From: Owenia fusiformis
Lineage: Eukaryota
Assembly (NCBI GenBank): GCA_903813345.2
Contig: CAIIXF020000001.1
Location: forward strand, 40,858,001 to 40,922,000
Reading direction: 5' to 3'
DNA length: 64,000 bases
The first letter of the stretch is position 1; each line of letters begins with the position of its first letter. The translations under genes and the position numbers were made by a program. Positions 13,390-63,200 of the stretch are shown here, one piece after another. The notes below the pieces were generated by a model. The model saw only the letters and a list, made by a program, of their open reading frames with translations. It was not told the DNA's origin and made no database searches.

Positions 13390-14476
13390 CGAGGGGTGAT
13401 CAATAAGTAATGGACGCTTTTTTACACAGATACTTTTTATAGACCAATCCCTTTGATTTTCCTACCAGTGATACATCATTCAATTATCTATCATTTCTGA
13501 GGATTTGAAGGCAAAATATAAAATACATGTTGATATATCTTTATTTCCTTGAAGGAGGTACAGGTACCCCGGGACCGACATTTATGTCACATATTCAGTT
13601 TTCAGCCAGTTTGGCAGATTTCAGTTAGATTTAAACTTTTCATATGCAACATGTGTTATGTTGTTTGAAATACTTTGCTGACTGGTCAACACATAAACAG
13701 AAAGTTTTGTGATGTCAGAGTGTTGTATGGAAGGGGTTTGCAGGCCAATTTGAGAAAGCATTATGGAAGAAAGGGGTGGTGAGAGAAGGGAACACCCTAC
13801 TCCATATGGACATTGCACCTGCCCCCAGATCTCAAAATGTTCAGAAAACAATATCCCTGGACCTCAAAATTGAGCCCTTGGCCAATGCACCATATTGTCC
13901 AGATCTGCTCACATGTGACTTATTTATTTCTATACTACTTATTTCTATAGAGAAAGGATGCACGTTTATTGATATTGATGAAATAAAACAACCCGTGCAA
14001 CTGCATCTTGCTACCATGTCAGAGAATGGATTCAGCCTTGTCTCACGATCTTGAATTAAGAGGATGAGGAATTGTGTGCATGTAGCACTTGATGGAACCT
14101 ATGTAGAGGGCTCTGTGGAATGAATGTGGCATGAATACCACATAGTGATGATAAAATATTCAAAATCAACTATGGCATAACAAAATGGGGTAATTCATGA
14201 CCATAATGGTTTGTTTTGTTCAGCCTGCATTCAACTGCATTGCATGTAAAACAAGCTAAAATAGCTTCAGAATGTTTGACGTAAATGTCGTTCCCGGGGT
14301 ACCCATACATCCTTCACAGAAATAAGGATATGTCAAAAGATATTACATGTTTTGTTTTCAAATCTTCAGAGTTGATAGATAATTGAATGATGTATAACTG
14401 GTAAGAAAATCGAAGGGATTGGTCTACAAAAAGCATCTGTGTAAAAAAGCGTCCATTACTTATTGATCACCCCTCG
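13390..14476 (+). mobile_element. Degenerate mariner (Tc1/mariner) element inserted in the Academ-like TIR
   Basis: TA TSD; TIR CGAGGGGTGATCAATAAGTAATGGACGC; residual transposase motifs LLHMDIAPA and APYCPDLLTCD (YSPDLAPxD-like). The empty site CATAATACATCAGC is visible in the outer TIR near 17440. Confidence 0.88.
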
Positions 14477-15429
14477 TACATCAGCATTCCTTGTAGATAC
14501 TAGATATGGTACTCATAAAAGAATGAACATAATGAGCACACGTGTCTCAAACTCGCAACCTCGTGGTTTAGGGTACCCATTCACCTAAGACCTCTTGGGC
14601 AACTCAACAACCAAAAAAGTTTGTTTCCTTCGCTGATTTGACTAGATAGAGGCTGCGGATTCAGTCTTAAATGATGCAGGATAGATGAAAACTGTTGTGC
14701 GTAACATGCTTGAGAACCATTGACTTTTTTAAATACATATGTATTATTGACCCCCTATAATGTGGCCATTCCGGACATTTTGAGTGGTCACACAACCTTC
14801 TATGTCCAACGGTTCCGGAGATGCAAAAATGGGGGGGGGAGTATTCGCGTAAAAAAGGGCGTGGCCATTTGACCTATTTCGCCTTCTGTGGCAAATATGT
14901 TACTAGTAAGTAGCTCATGCTGGTTGAGTATGCACTTCTATGTCCAGAGATTTTCTCTTCAGAAATCATCTATGTGAAGGTCATTGATTAATTTTGGCTT
15001 GGTAACATATTTGCCACAGAAGGCGAAATAGGTCAAATGGCCACGCCCTTTTTTACGCGAATACTCCCCCCCCCCATTTTTGCATCTCCGGAACCGTTGG
15101 ACATAGAAGGTTGTGTGACCACTCAAAATGTCCGGAATGGCCACATTATAGGGGGTCAATAATACATATGTATTTAAAAAAGTCAATGGTTCTCAAGCAT
15201 GTTACGCACAACAGTTTTCATCTATCCTGCATCATTTAAGACTGAATCCGCAGCCTCTATCTAGTCAAATCAGCGAAGGAAACAAACTTTTTTGGTTGTT
15301 GAGTTGCCCAAGAGGTCTTAGGTGAATGGGTACCCTAAACCACGAGGTTGCGAGTTTGAGACACGTGTGCTCATTATGTTCATTCTTTTATGAGTACCAT
15401 ATCTAGTATCTACAAGGAATGCTGATGTA

Positions 15430-16516
15430 CGAGGGGTGATCAATAAGTAATGGACGCTTTTTTACACAGATGCTTTTTGTAGACCAATCCCTTCGATTTT
15501 CTTACCAGTTATACATCATTCAATTATCTATCAACTCTGAAGATTTGAAAACAAAACATGTAATATCTTTTGACATATCCTTATTTCTGTGAAGGATGTA
15601 TGGGTACCCCGGGAACGACATTTACGTCAAACATTCTGAAGCTATTTTAGCTTGTTTTACATGCAATGCAGTTGAATGCAGGCTGAACAAAACAAACCAT
15701 TATGGTCATGAATTACCCCATTTTGTTATGCCATAGTTGATTTTGAATATTTTATCATCACTATGTGGTATTCATGCCACATTCATTCCACAGAGCCCTC
15801 TACATAGGTTCCATCAAGTGCTACATGCACACAATTCCTCATCCTCTTAATTCAAGATCGTGAGACAAGGCTGAATCCATTCTCTGACATGGTAGCAAGA
15901 TGCAGTTGCACGGGTTGTTTTATTTCATCAATATCAATAAACGTGCATCCTTTCTCTATAGAAATAAGTAGTATAGAAATAAATAAGTCACATGTGAGCA
16001 GATCTGGACAATATGGTGCATTGGCCAAGGGCTCAATTTTGAGGTCCAGGGATATTGTTTTCTGAACATTTTGAGATCTGGGGGCAGGTGCAATGTCCAT
16101 ATGGAGTAGGGTGTTCCCTTCTCTCACCACCCCTTTCTTCCATAATGCTTTCTCAAATTGGCCTGCAAACCCCTTCCATACAACACTCTGACATCACAAA
16201 ACTTTCTGTTTATGTGTTGACCAGTCAGCAAAGTATTTCAAACAACATAACACATGTTGCATATGAAAAGTTTAAATCTAACTGAAATCTGCCAAACTGG
16301 CTGAAAACTGAATATGTGACATAAATGTCGGTCCCGGGGTACCTGTACCTCCTTCAAGGAAATAAAGATATATCAACATGTATTTTATATTTTGCCTTCA
16401 AATCCTCAGAAATGATAGATAATTGAATGATGTATCACTGGTAGGAAAATCAAAGGGATTGGTCTATAAAAAGTATCTGTGTAAAAAAGCGTCCATTACT
16501 TATTGATCACCCCTCG
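15430..16516 (-). mobile_element. Mirror copy of the degenerate mariner element
   Basis: Reverse complement of 13390-14476; identical 92-aa ORF at 15852-16130. Confidence 0.88.
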
Positions 16517-16811
16517 TATTATGAGTATTGAATATCGATTGAGTTTAATTATAAACCACGAGGTTGTGAGTTTGAGACACATGTGCTCCTTGTGTTCATT
16601 CTTTAATGAGTACTAGTATCTACAACTAGTTATCACTAGATTTCATGTTATGTGTGGCTATCAATTGAGTTTATTTATGCGGATTTCTACACTTTGTGCC
16701 TTTACTACATCCACAAAACACAACACATTTTATGTCCATTGCTCTGCAGGTGCATGTCTTGGAACTACTGCAGGATGTTGGGCATTTGCATGGAGGAGGT
16801 AGGTCAACAAT

Positions 16812-17291
16812 TTGGTATCGTGTCTCCCAGCCATTCATGCACTTAGCGGGTGTGACAGTACCAGCAAAGTTGGTCCAAAACTATCTGGTATGAAATCAGC
16901 CATGGATCTCTCGCTTTTGGAAGATGAATATCGGTGGGAACAGTACCACAACTCAAAGAAAAACATCGATTTTAACCAACTTGTGTGCTGCTCATCAACT
17001 CTACAGGAACACATAAAGCGGGCATATCTGCAGTGCAAGATGTGGTTACAAGCTCCAATTCCTGAAGTCATCACACCAGATCCATGCCAGTATGGCTATA
17101 AAGCAACAGATGATGGTATTACACCTGTAATACTACCAGTTCCATGCAGGCCTGATGACCTACCTCCTCCATGCAAATGCCCAACATCCTGCCTTAGTTC
17201 CAAGACATGCACCTGCAGAGCAATGGACATAAAATGTGTTGTGTTTTGTGGATGTAATAAAGGCACAAAGTGTAGAAATCCGCATAAATAA
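16812..17291 (+). pseudogene. Mirror copy of the Academ-like transposase C-terminal fragment
   Basis: Identical to 12615-13094 except one D>N change (KKDIDF versus KKNIDF). Confidence 0.75.
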
Positions 17292-18020
17292 ACTCAATTG
17301 ATAGCCACACATAACATGAAAACTAGTGATAACTAGTTGTAGATACTAGTACCCATTACAGAATGAACACAAGGAGCACATGTGTCTCAAACTCACAACC
17401 TCGTGGTTTATAATTAAACTCAATCGATATTCAATACTCATAATACATCAGCATTCCTTGTAGATACTAGATATGGTACTCATAAAAGAATGAACATACG
17501 GAGCACACATGTCTCAAACTCGCAACCTCGTGGTTTAGGGTACCCATTCACCTAAGACCTCTTGGGCAACTCAACAACCAAAAAAGTTTGTTTCCTTCGC
17601 TGATCTGACTAGATAGAACTGCGGATTCAGTCTTAAATGATGCAGGATAGATGAAAACTGTTGTGCGTAACATGCTAAAATCAGTTTTTGGCAAATATCT
17701 TGAGAACCATTGACTTTTTTAAATACATATGTATTATTGACCCCCTATAATGTGGCCATTCCGGACATTTTGAGTGGTCACACAACCTTCTATGTCCAAC
17801 GGTTCCAGAGATGCAAAAATGGGGGGGGGAGTATTCGCGTAAAAAAGGGCGTGGCCATTTGACCTATTTCGCCTTCTGTGGCAAATATGTTACCAAGCCA
17901 AAATTGATCAATGACCTTCACATAGATGATTTCTGAAGAGAAAATCTCTGGACATAGAAGTGCATACTCAACCAGCATGAGCTACTAGAGTATAATGAAT
18001 TGTAAACAGTTTTTATGTAA

Positions 18021-19949
18021 TCATGTCCGTCTTGGACGTTTTGTAGATGAAGGAGTATCTGTCCCAGATGTATTAGGGCTTGAGATTCCATGCCGAGTCC
18101 TTTTCCTTTCTGCTCTTTTTGGACTATCTGGGGGATCCAATTTTTCAAATATCGAGAGTTTTTGTTCTGTATTTTTACTTGTTTGTTTGCTAACTGGCGT
18201 AGAAACAGGACCTGAAATGATATTAAAATAGGTATTTTTATGATAAAATTACAAATAATGCATCGAAAAATTATGTGAGCTCACTTATAACTTATATACA
18301 AATGTAATTATTAAATTGAGATATTATGCCACAATGAATTAGTGAGAGAAATCTCTGTTTTATATTCCAATGACCTTTATAGTTTATGTTTATGTTTCAT
18401 TATTAACATTACTCCCATGATTTACATTGTTGTTTTGGAAACTTCTATTCTCTACTATTTGGTATTAGCCTGAACTTTTATATGAATTAAGTAAACAAAG
18501 TAAATTGAAGAAAATTTAATCAATGACACATACTGTCTTCAGATTGTGATCCAGATTCTGAAATTTTCTTCGGGAGTTTCTTTTCCATCAGCTCTGAGAA
18601 GTCAGCTTCAGGTAGGGTAAATTCTGACTCTTTATTTTTGAATGGTAATTTTTCAGAGTCATTCTGCAAGCATATACATGTACAATTCAAAAATTATATT
18701 TTCACTTAGGTTTCAAAAAGTTAAGTATAAAATGTTCTTGTATACATTCTACAAATAATACAGTCTCCCTTTATTGCAACATCCCAATTAAGTCCACTAG
18801 CCTGTACACTGTTCATCGCACTGGACTGACAATAGAAGTCCAACAAACACTTACCAAGGATTGTAAAGCATACATGGTGTTCAAATGGGTCCAAATCTGT
18901 TTAGTTGTTAACTTTTTGTTAACAGCTGCATTCAACTTTTGCTGTAAACAAGCCATGTGGAAATGTCTGTTCACACCTGTAAAAACATTTGAGAATATTT
19001 TTTCATAATTATATGTACAAGTGTGCATTTATATTACAAACATTAAAATAATGGTACATATTGAGGTTCAAATGAAGAAGCTAGAGTAACTAACATGTAA
19101 TTGCCTTTAGATCTATAATATACCATTAATGAAATCAATTTGGGGTTTTCAAAAGGCTAGGAGATATTCCAACATAACATAATCTTTAACACATCATCCT
19201 CTGAGCCACTGGAAAGAAACATTCCATAAGCCAATCAACAAGCAATCCTAGATCAAAACACGTTGCTATTAATATGAATCTCTTTTTTCATATAACTATT
19301 GCACTATGGTCCTTTGATTGCTTATTTTCTAGGTTTTGCTAGAGGTTACGATATTAGGAATGTGTGTACTCTTAAAACTATTGCTCAAGGTGATTAATCC
19401 TTTGTGAAGACAGTAATTGTATTGGAATTGAAGCCAGAAATATGGGAATACAATCAATGGGTCTTCCATATTTAAAACATCTAAATTGTTGAACTTCAAT
19501 TCGCTATAGCAGCAAAATGGTCTCCTTTTTGACAGTCATAACATAGATAACAGCAATGCTAAAGCGTAGCAAATCCCATTGAACAGCCGTGGTTGCCATT
19601 TTTACAAAATCCTTCTACAAAGAGTATAAAAAACCAATAATCGAACTGGAAGGAATACACACTGAGTGTGAGCTCATTATTGTGGGATGACATCAGAGGA
19701 AATTACATTCATATAAAGCCATCTGTATTTCAACAATGTACTCTGATTGGAACGTAAACTGAAGACGAAATGAAGTCGAACTAATGCGAATGGAATGGAA
19801 TGATAGGTTTACTTATAAACAAGAAATATGTTTTAAAAGTAGTAATACGACTGAATGAGATACATACCGACAGGTTTGTGGTTTCTCATAGCGTGAAATA
19901 GGGCTACTTCGAGATCGACATCCCATTTTACAAAATTTTCTTCTCCCAT
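18021..19949 (-). CDS. MRGBP: MRG/MORF4L-binding protein (NuA4/TIP60 subunit, Eaf7 family), 174 aa; exons 19949-19868, 18976-18855, 18663-18534, 18211-18021
   Basis: WDVDLEVALFHAMRNHKPVGVNRHFHMACL...IWTHLNTMYALQSL-NDSEKLPF is the Eaf7/MRGBP signature; GT-AG phases are consistent; basic C-terminus KRPRRT*. Confidence 0.93.
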
Positions 19950-20450
19950 TTTTGATTTCAGTTTCGAAGTATGGCGAAAACGTAACTTATAATAAAAAGA
20001 ATCTTCTGTTAATTTAAAATATTGTATATTGTTTTTTTCATTGAGGTTCAAATAATCATCTTAAATTTATCCTTTACGAGTTTAATTTCTCTGAACAAAG
20101 GTAATACGTTGAATAATATAATTTATTTAATCTGATGAACGTGTACATAAAATTTGCTGTCTTTTTCTGGATAGGACCGAAGTTTCGTCTTAAATTATTT
20201 CACAAAAACATCAAAATAAATCAGTTCTAGATGATTTAGAAAGATAAATCTAATAATTTGAAATTCTGAATATTTATTTTCCAAATTCATTTGGCTAAAG
20301 TATTCAAAACATATTTTTTACTAAAATACTAACAATAGTCTACAATTCAGCGGTAGTTTCCACACGAGGAGGTAAAAACAAAAAGTGAAGTTTTACTATT
20401 CATATCGTTTATCCAATTCAAACACCCCTAGGGTGTAAGTTTAGCACAAA
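19950..20450. promoter_or_regulatory. Probable bidirectional promoter between MRGBP and DDX43
   Basis: Head-to-head start codons only about 500 bp apart. Confidence 0.6.
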
Positions 20451-57427
<36,977 letters not shown>

Positions 57428-60286
57428 GGAACAGACACTAGTCACATGGTTATGTTATCATTAATAACAATATCAAGCATCAATTCAGTTTTCTGATACA
57501 TTATTTCCATCTTCACAAGAGCTTCCAGTTACTCATAGACTCAGAGGAGTTGGTTACTGAATCAAGGACAAGGTCCTGAATTAAGTCTAGCATCATGCAC
57601 CTGGGGTTGGCAAATTCGAGTAAGTCATGACTTGTTTTCATAGAATAGTACAGATGAGTGTGCATCAAGAAGAGCATTGAGTTCAATGAATCTCATTGAT
57701 ATTGTAGTGGACTAGCCTAGTCAAGAGTAACAGCGAAAATAGCAAAATACACATACACTTTACTTGTATTAGATATACATGTACCACGGATGCCAATTAC
57801 GACCTTTAATTTGAATTTTAGACCGACCAGGTGTTTGAAAATCAAGGATTGTGAGTCTCATGTTCCAGAGAGGATTGGCTCCCAGGATGGACACTCGATA
57901 TTTTCCAACAAAGAAATCGTAGAAATGTCGTTATTTTCTGAAATTTAAGCCGACTATAAATTCAGAATTAACAGTTCAAGAGAGTCGAACCAATATCTCG
58001 ATCATATCTTGTGAGTTTTGGAATTTTTCGTTAGAAAATAAGACTAAAATTCATTCAAATGTTGAAGTGAACAAAATGGCAGCTGTTTGAATTCAAATTT
58101 TGTATCACGACATGTCCATATATGGGACAGAATATCAATGTTGCGTCTGGGATCCAATCCTCCTTGAACTTGTTCCATTAAAACCAAACAAAAATGCCTT
58201 TCTGTTGATCAACAGGGTGAAACAAAATAGTGCCACCCACATAATGTTGAATAACTTTTTGTCTGTTTTTATGTGAGTGGCACTTTTTGTGTCACTCTGT
58301 ATATTGCAACATTGATCCATGACCTTCTCTATAGGAGAGGCCTCTGAAATAGTCATTTGTCTGTGCAACTTTCAATTGGCAGTGGAGATACAAAACAGCG
58401 TTAGTAGAGTATATTTTAGTAGACTGAATCAAAGTAGCATAAATGCTTGTCACTCAAAAGTGCAATTCATATTCATTAACTTTTTGTGTTTGTATTATGT
58501 TATGACGTAGAGACCATTACATAATACAAGCACATTGTAAAATCAGCCTCGGTACAAGCCTCAGTACAATTTCACTTTAAGTTATATTTTGGCTATTAGA
58601 TTTAAAGTGAATTAAGTGCAAGAATAATTCAAACGAAATCCATGCTTTAACTCGTAAGATGAATATGTCATTTATACTCCCAATAGACAGATGTTTGTAT
58701 TGCAATTAAATGTATTATTTCTAAGATACACTTGTAGATTATCAAGTGTTGAGGTTTGCAAACGAAGGCAATGTTTATTACATGCATATGATTGCATTCA
58801 TAGATTTCTTGGTGGATAACTTAGATTTAGTGACAGTTATCACCACTATAATCTGCCTAGTTTTTCTGTGAATGGAAGTTTAAATGTCTATTTAGGCCTT
58901 AAGAAGTAGATTCTTTGTTTTACGTCCCATTGCATGATCAATTTTGAGTAAGAGAAAAAACACCTCCAAACATCATTAAAGTGAAGCAGTATCATGGCCG
59001 ACCATTTGATGTGTATAAACAACAAAGGCTTAGTTGAATAATTTAATAATTGAAATTTATAGTGGAGTTTGGGTACAATATTGACACACCTTTAGGAGTT
59101 GATCTTTAAGTACAGTATTATAAATCTCATAAATAATCTCCACAGATAGAGTTTGCTACAAGGGTGCTTGACTATGGACTTAAGTGAAAAGCAACTTACT
59201 TTTACAGTCATTGACATTGTGTTGTTTATGTGCCTTTGATATTGACTGAAGTGTATGCTAATGCAAACAAAAAAACATGTATTTATCCTCTGTGGATTAG
59301 TTATGTATAATAAATATGTAAAGACAGTGTTTGTGGTCACTGCAAATTGGTATATCATACCCTTTAATCGTCATAAATTGTACACATTTCTTTGCAAACA
59401 GGTTTTTGGTCTTTGAGTCTGTACCCCTGCATGATTTGAATGTTGCAGTATGTAAAACAAAATATCTACTTCTTATGGCCTTATAAAGCATTTGGAAGAA
59501 CTTATATGTACATTATTTTATTTTTTATTATGTAAAAAATTAGTTTTATATTACACTGTAGAAAAATGTACAAAAGAACAAAATAAATTATGTTCAGTAT
59601 TATAAAATATATTCTCTTTATTTGCTATTTCTATGATACATTGCATGTATTGTGCAGCTATTGCTTTGTACAACAGGGATCATCTCAAGCTGAGCTTCTA
59701 AGTAAAACTTCTATACATGTCATCCAATGTAGACTAAACACACACTGCATGTACTTATTCTTTCATACCAAGTTTTACTTCAAAGAACAGATTCTCTAAA
59801 TCTTAAATTAAAAATTCAATTGTTTTTCTCCCACAATTAAGTTTTTCGGTGCAAGTCAAATACAAATATTTTTAAGTAAATATTTATGTATTTTCATTAT
59901 TTGAGAAAAAGAATATATTCTTATTCCAGATATTTGACTTTTAGGATACAGTTCACAAGTTTAAATGTCCAATATGTATGACATGCAATTATATGTATTA
60001 ATTGCTATATATGTATATATACATGGCACTGATTTTGACATATCTCTCTGCCACAAATCTCATCTTGTCATTTCATGACCTCAAATATTTATCTCTATAA
60101 TTCTCTGAACTGAACGGGTCTCCCCTGTTGAGAAGAAGTTTCTGTGCTAGCACTAAATGAAAAATAATATTGTCAAGAATTTAATGCAAAACATGATATA
60201 ATCCATGACTGCATGAACACAGTCCAAAGATGGTCGAATCTACTATGAACACAGTCCAATTAATGTTGATGCAATGTTTTATTTCA

Positions 60287-63200
60287 TTACATGTTGTATT
60301 TGTACACTAGGAATTCTGGTGTCTCTGTATATTTCATGGCAAACATTTTCCCATCATTTGTGGGATCAGAGAAGGCAAGCTCCTTCTTTGAGAGGTGATA
60401 CGAGAACATGAAGTTTGTCCTGAAAAAAGCAGATAACAAAAGTTCAAAACAATCAATCAATGAATGAAGCAGGGAGTTCAGACTAAATTTTTGACTAAAG
60501 TTTCGATTCCCTGTGTAATCACAGAAAATTAACATATTTATATTTTTAGAATATTAATTTTGATGACAGCTGCAGAGATAGCATACAGCCAAACATTCAG
60601 CTACAATAAAAAATTGTCAATAAAAGCCTGACTAAATGAATGGATGGTTGTATTCAGGTATTCATTTTGAGCTATTTATTGTACCCGAGTGTAAAACTTC
60701 ATAATTACAAGGACACAAACATGATTCCACCTATGGGTGTTCATCTTGCATGCAAAACACTAATTAGTTGAAAATATAAAATTTTAGGATGAAAAATCCA
60801 ACATGGCCACCTAACATTTATCCAGAATGCTAAAAGACTGATCAATTTGAGCATTTCATTCAAAGAACTATCCCTGACAATTTGAAAATCGATCCATCAA
60901 ACTGGAAATGCATAGATAAGACTACAGACAAGTTATTAGGACAGACAAAATGGAATGTGTAACTTGTACATAATGTAACATTATATAAACTGCTCAGAAA
61001 TCAATTATTATCTTGAGAGCAACCAACCTCATTGCATCTAGTAACCGGGTAGCTATTCCTTGGTGGCGATACCCTTTATCCACCCAGATCCGCGAGATCC
61101 CACATTTAGCTGATTCTGCCTGGCTACTGCAATACCAAGCCCTCAGACCCTGGGTGCTGCTTTGTGACTGGGTGTCCTGTATTACACGGTAACCTTTGGT
61201 GATCACCTCCGCTATACACACCCCAATGATTCTTTGGTTGAAGATACACATGTAGGTCTGCAATTAAAAATAAATTTTAAAATAAAAATACAAAGGATAT
61301 TTCAATTTCATCCATACAGATTATTCTTAAACTACAATGTCTTCATTTTGCATCAACAGAATGAGTTGGTTAAAGTTTATTGTTTTCAGGGTTATACAAA
61401 ATTTTACTCAAAAACAAATGAATGTTAAAAGTTATCTCCCAGTGTGATGCTTGATCCCAATTCTTGCATGCTGATTTGTTACTGACCTTCATATTAGACT
61501 TGCAGGCAGGAGAAGGGGCATTAGTGAAAGCAAGATCTTCATCCACAACTGACTTGACAGAGTCAACCTGGAACACAAAAATGATGTAACATTATTCCAA
61601 ACCATACAAGTATTAAAACTTTAAGTATTAAAAAAAATATAGTATCATCATTTATGTTGATTGAACATATAAAAAGAGATATGTGAGGTATATAAAGTTG
61701 CCATTTAAGAAAAATAGGTAAAAAAGGCAAAAGTAGGTGCTGGGACAAATGGTGCAAATTACCAGTATATGGACACCAATGGACAGATGGATAAGAGCAT
61801 AATTTCAGAGGATGGCAGTTTAAGTTAATAAAAAATTTGTTGACACAGAGTACAGCTTGACAAATGGCTGATTCAATAGGCTCACCGTGTGTGTCAAAAA
61901 TGCCCATATGGTATGAAACATAAGCAACATTTTCAATACTGATTTAGCCCACCCTGCCAAGTTCAAAATTTACCTTTTTCATGCAGTTAGTGTCAGTGGG
62001 TAACACAACAATGATTCTACTGCCATCTTCAAACTCTGCAACTACATTTTCTTTCTTCCACCCCTAGAAATAAATAAAAATTAAAATGATCATATATTTA
62101 TTATGTCACTCATATAAAACATAATCACAAGCTACTTTAATATAGCCTATTACCCACAATGGTCAAACCTGACCGTACATCCATATTCAAGTATGTCCTC
62201 TTTTTTTTCCAAGTCCATCATATTCAAGTCCATCATATTTACAAGTCATTTAGTGGAGCATAATTAATATTGTCTACTTTTTATAACTCTCCATCGCAAC
62301 TTTTATACAATTTGTACTTACATTGAATTTCAGGACAGTTAACATTCTCTTGTGGAACTTTGAGTGGCTTGCTTCATCTGTAGGTTCACCTTGTGTATAT
62401 CGCATATGACACGTGGGGCACTGGACTGCTCCTATGTTCTTTTGGCCTGCATCCTACAATATTAGTAGTTATTGATGGAATTATTAGCTTCAGTAGTTTA
62501 CTTTGCAAAATATCATCCGATATCAAGGTCACTGGAGTTCTTTTCACGAAGTTTCAATTAAGGCCTTTAACGACGCACCAAAACTATGTTGCACAGTTCT
62601 GAGGCCTTCGCCGGTGCTTTTCAGATTCTTAAACTGTTCAGTTTGGATATTGCAATTTTTTATTTAAGGAATAAATTATGATAGGCCATTCAATATGGTG
62701 AAATTCAGCACGAGTTGGACAGAATGTTGTACAAAGCACGAACCGAAGGTGAGTGCATTTGTACTAACATTCTGTCCAACGAGTGTTGAATTTCACCATA
62801 TTGAATGGCCTATCATTATTTATTCCGATTCAAACATAAAAATTAGTAAAAGCCGTGTCTGTGGAACGGGCATGAAGGAAGAATATGCATGCTGTCAAGA
62901 TTCTGAAGTCGGCCGTAAAAATTTTAGAATTTGTTTGGGCTGTTCTATTTTACTCCCCGTTTAGATTTTATACGGTGTATGCAAACATGGGGTGTTGATA
63001 AAATAAAAATAAATAGTTACGGAGGGAGTAAAAAAGAACAGCTATCCCCGGACAGAGCCCCAGATGTGCAGCTGAGATGTGACGTCACTCAAAACAATGC
63101 AAATTGCAGATTGAATAGAGCATGGTCGTGCATCTATGGAGAATTAGAGAACGTTCTATATTGGCTATGCTGCATTCTGATTGGTTGAGAAATTCGAATA

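Larger units (their letters stand above)
11914..17992. mobile_element. Academ(X)-like non-autonomous transposon as a 6.1-kb inverted dimer (arms 11914-14903 and 15002-17992)
   Basis: Termini TACTCTAGTAGCTCATG.../...CATGAGCTACTAGAGTA with 3-bp TAA flanks (11911-11913, 17993-17995). Mirror ORF coordinates sum to 29906. It encodes a fragment with an XPG/FEN-like H3TH motif (HALSGCDSTS) and a C-terminal Cys8 finger. Confidence 0.8.
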
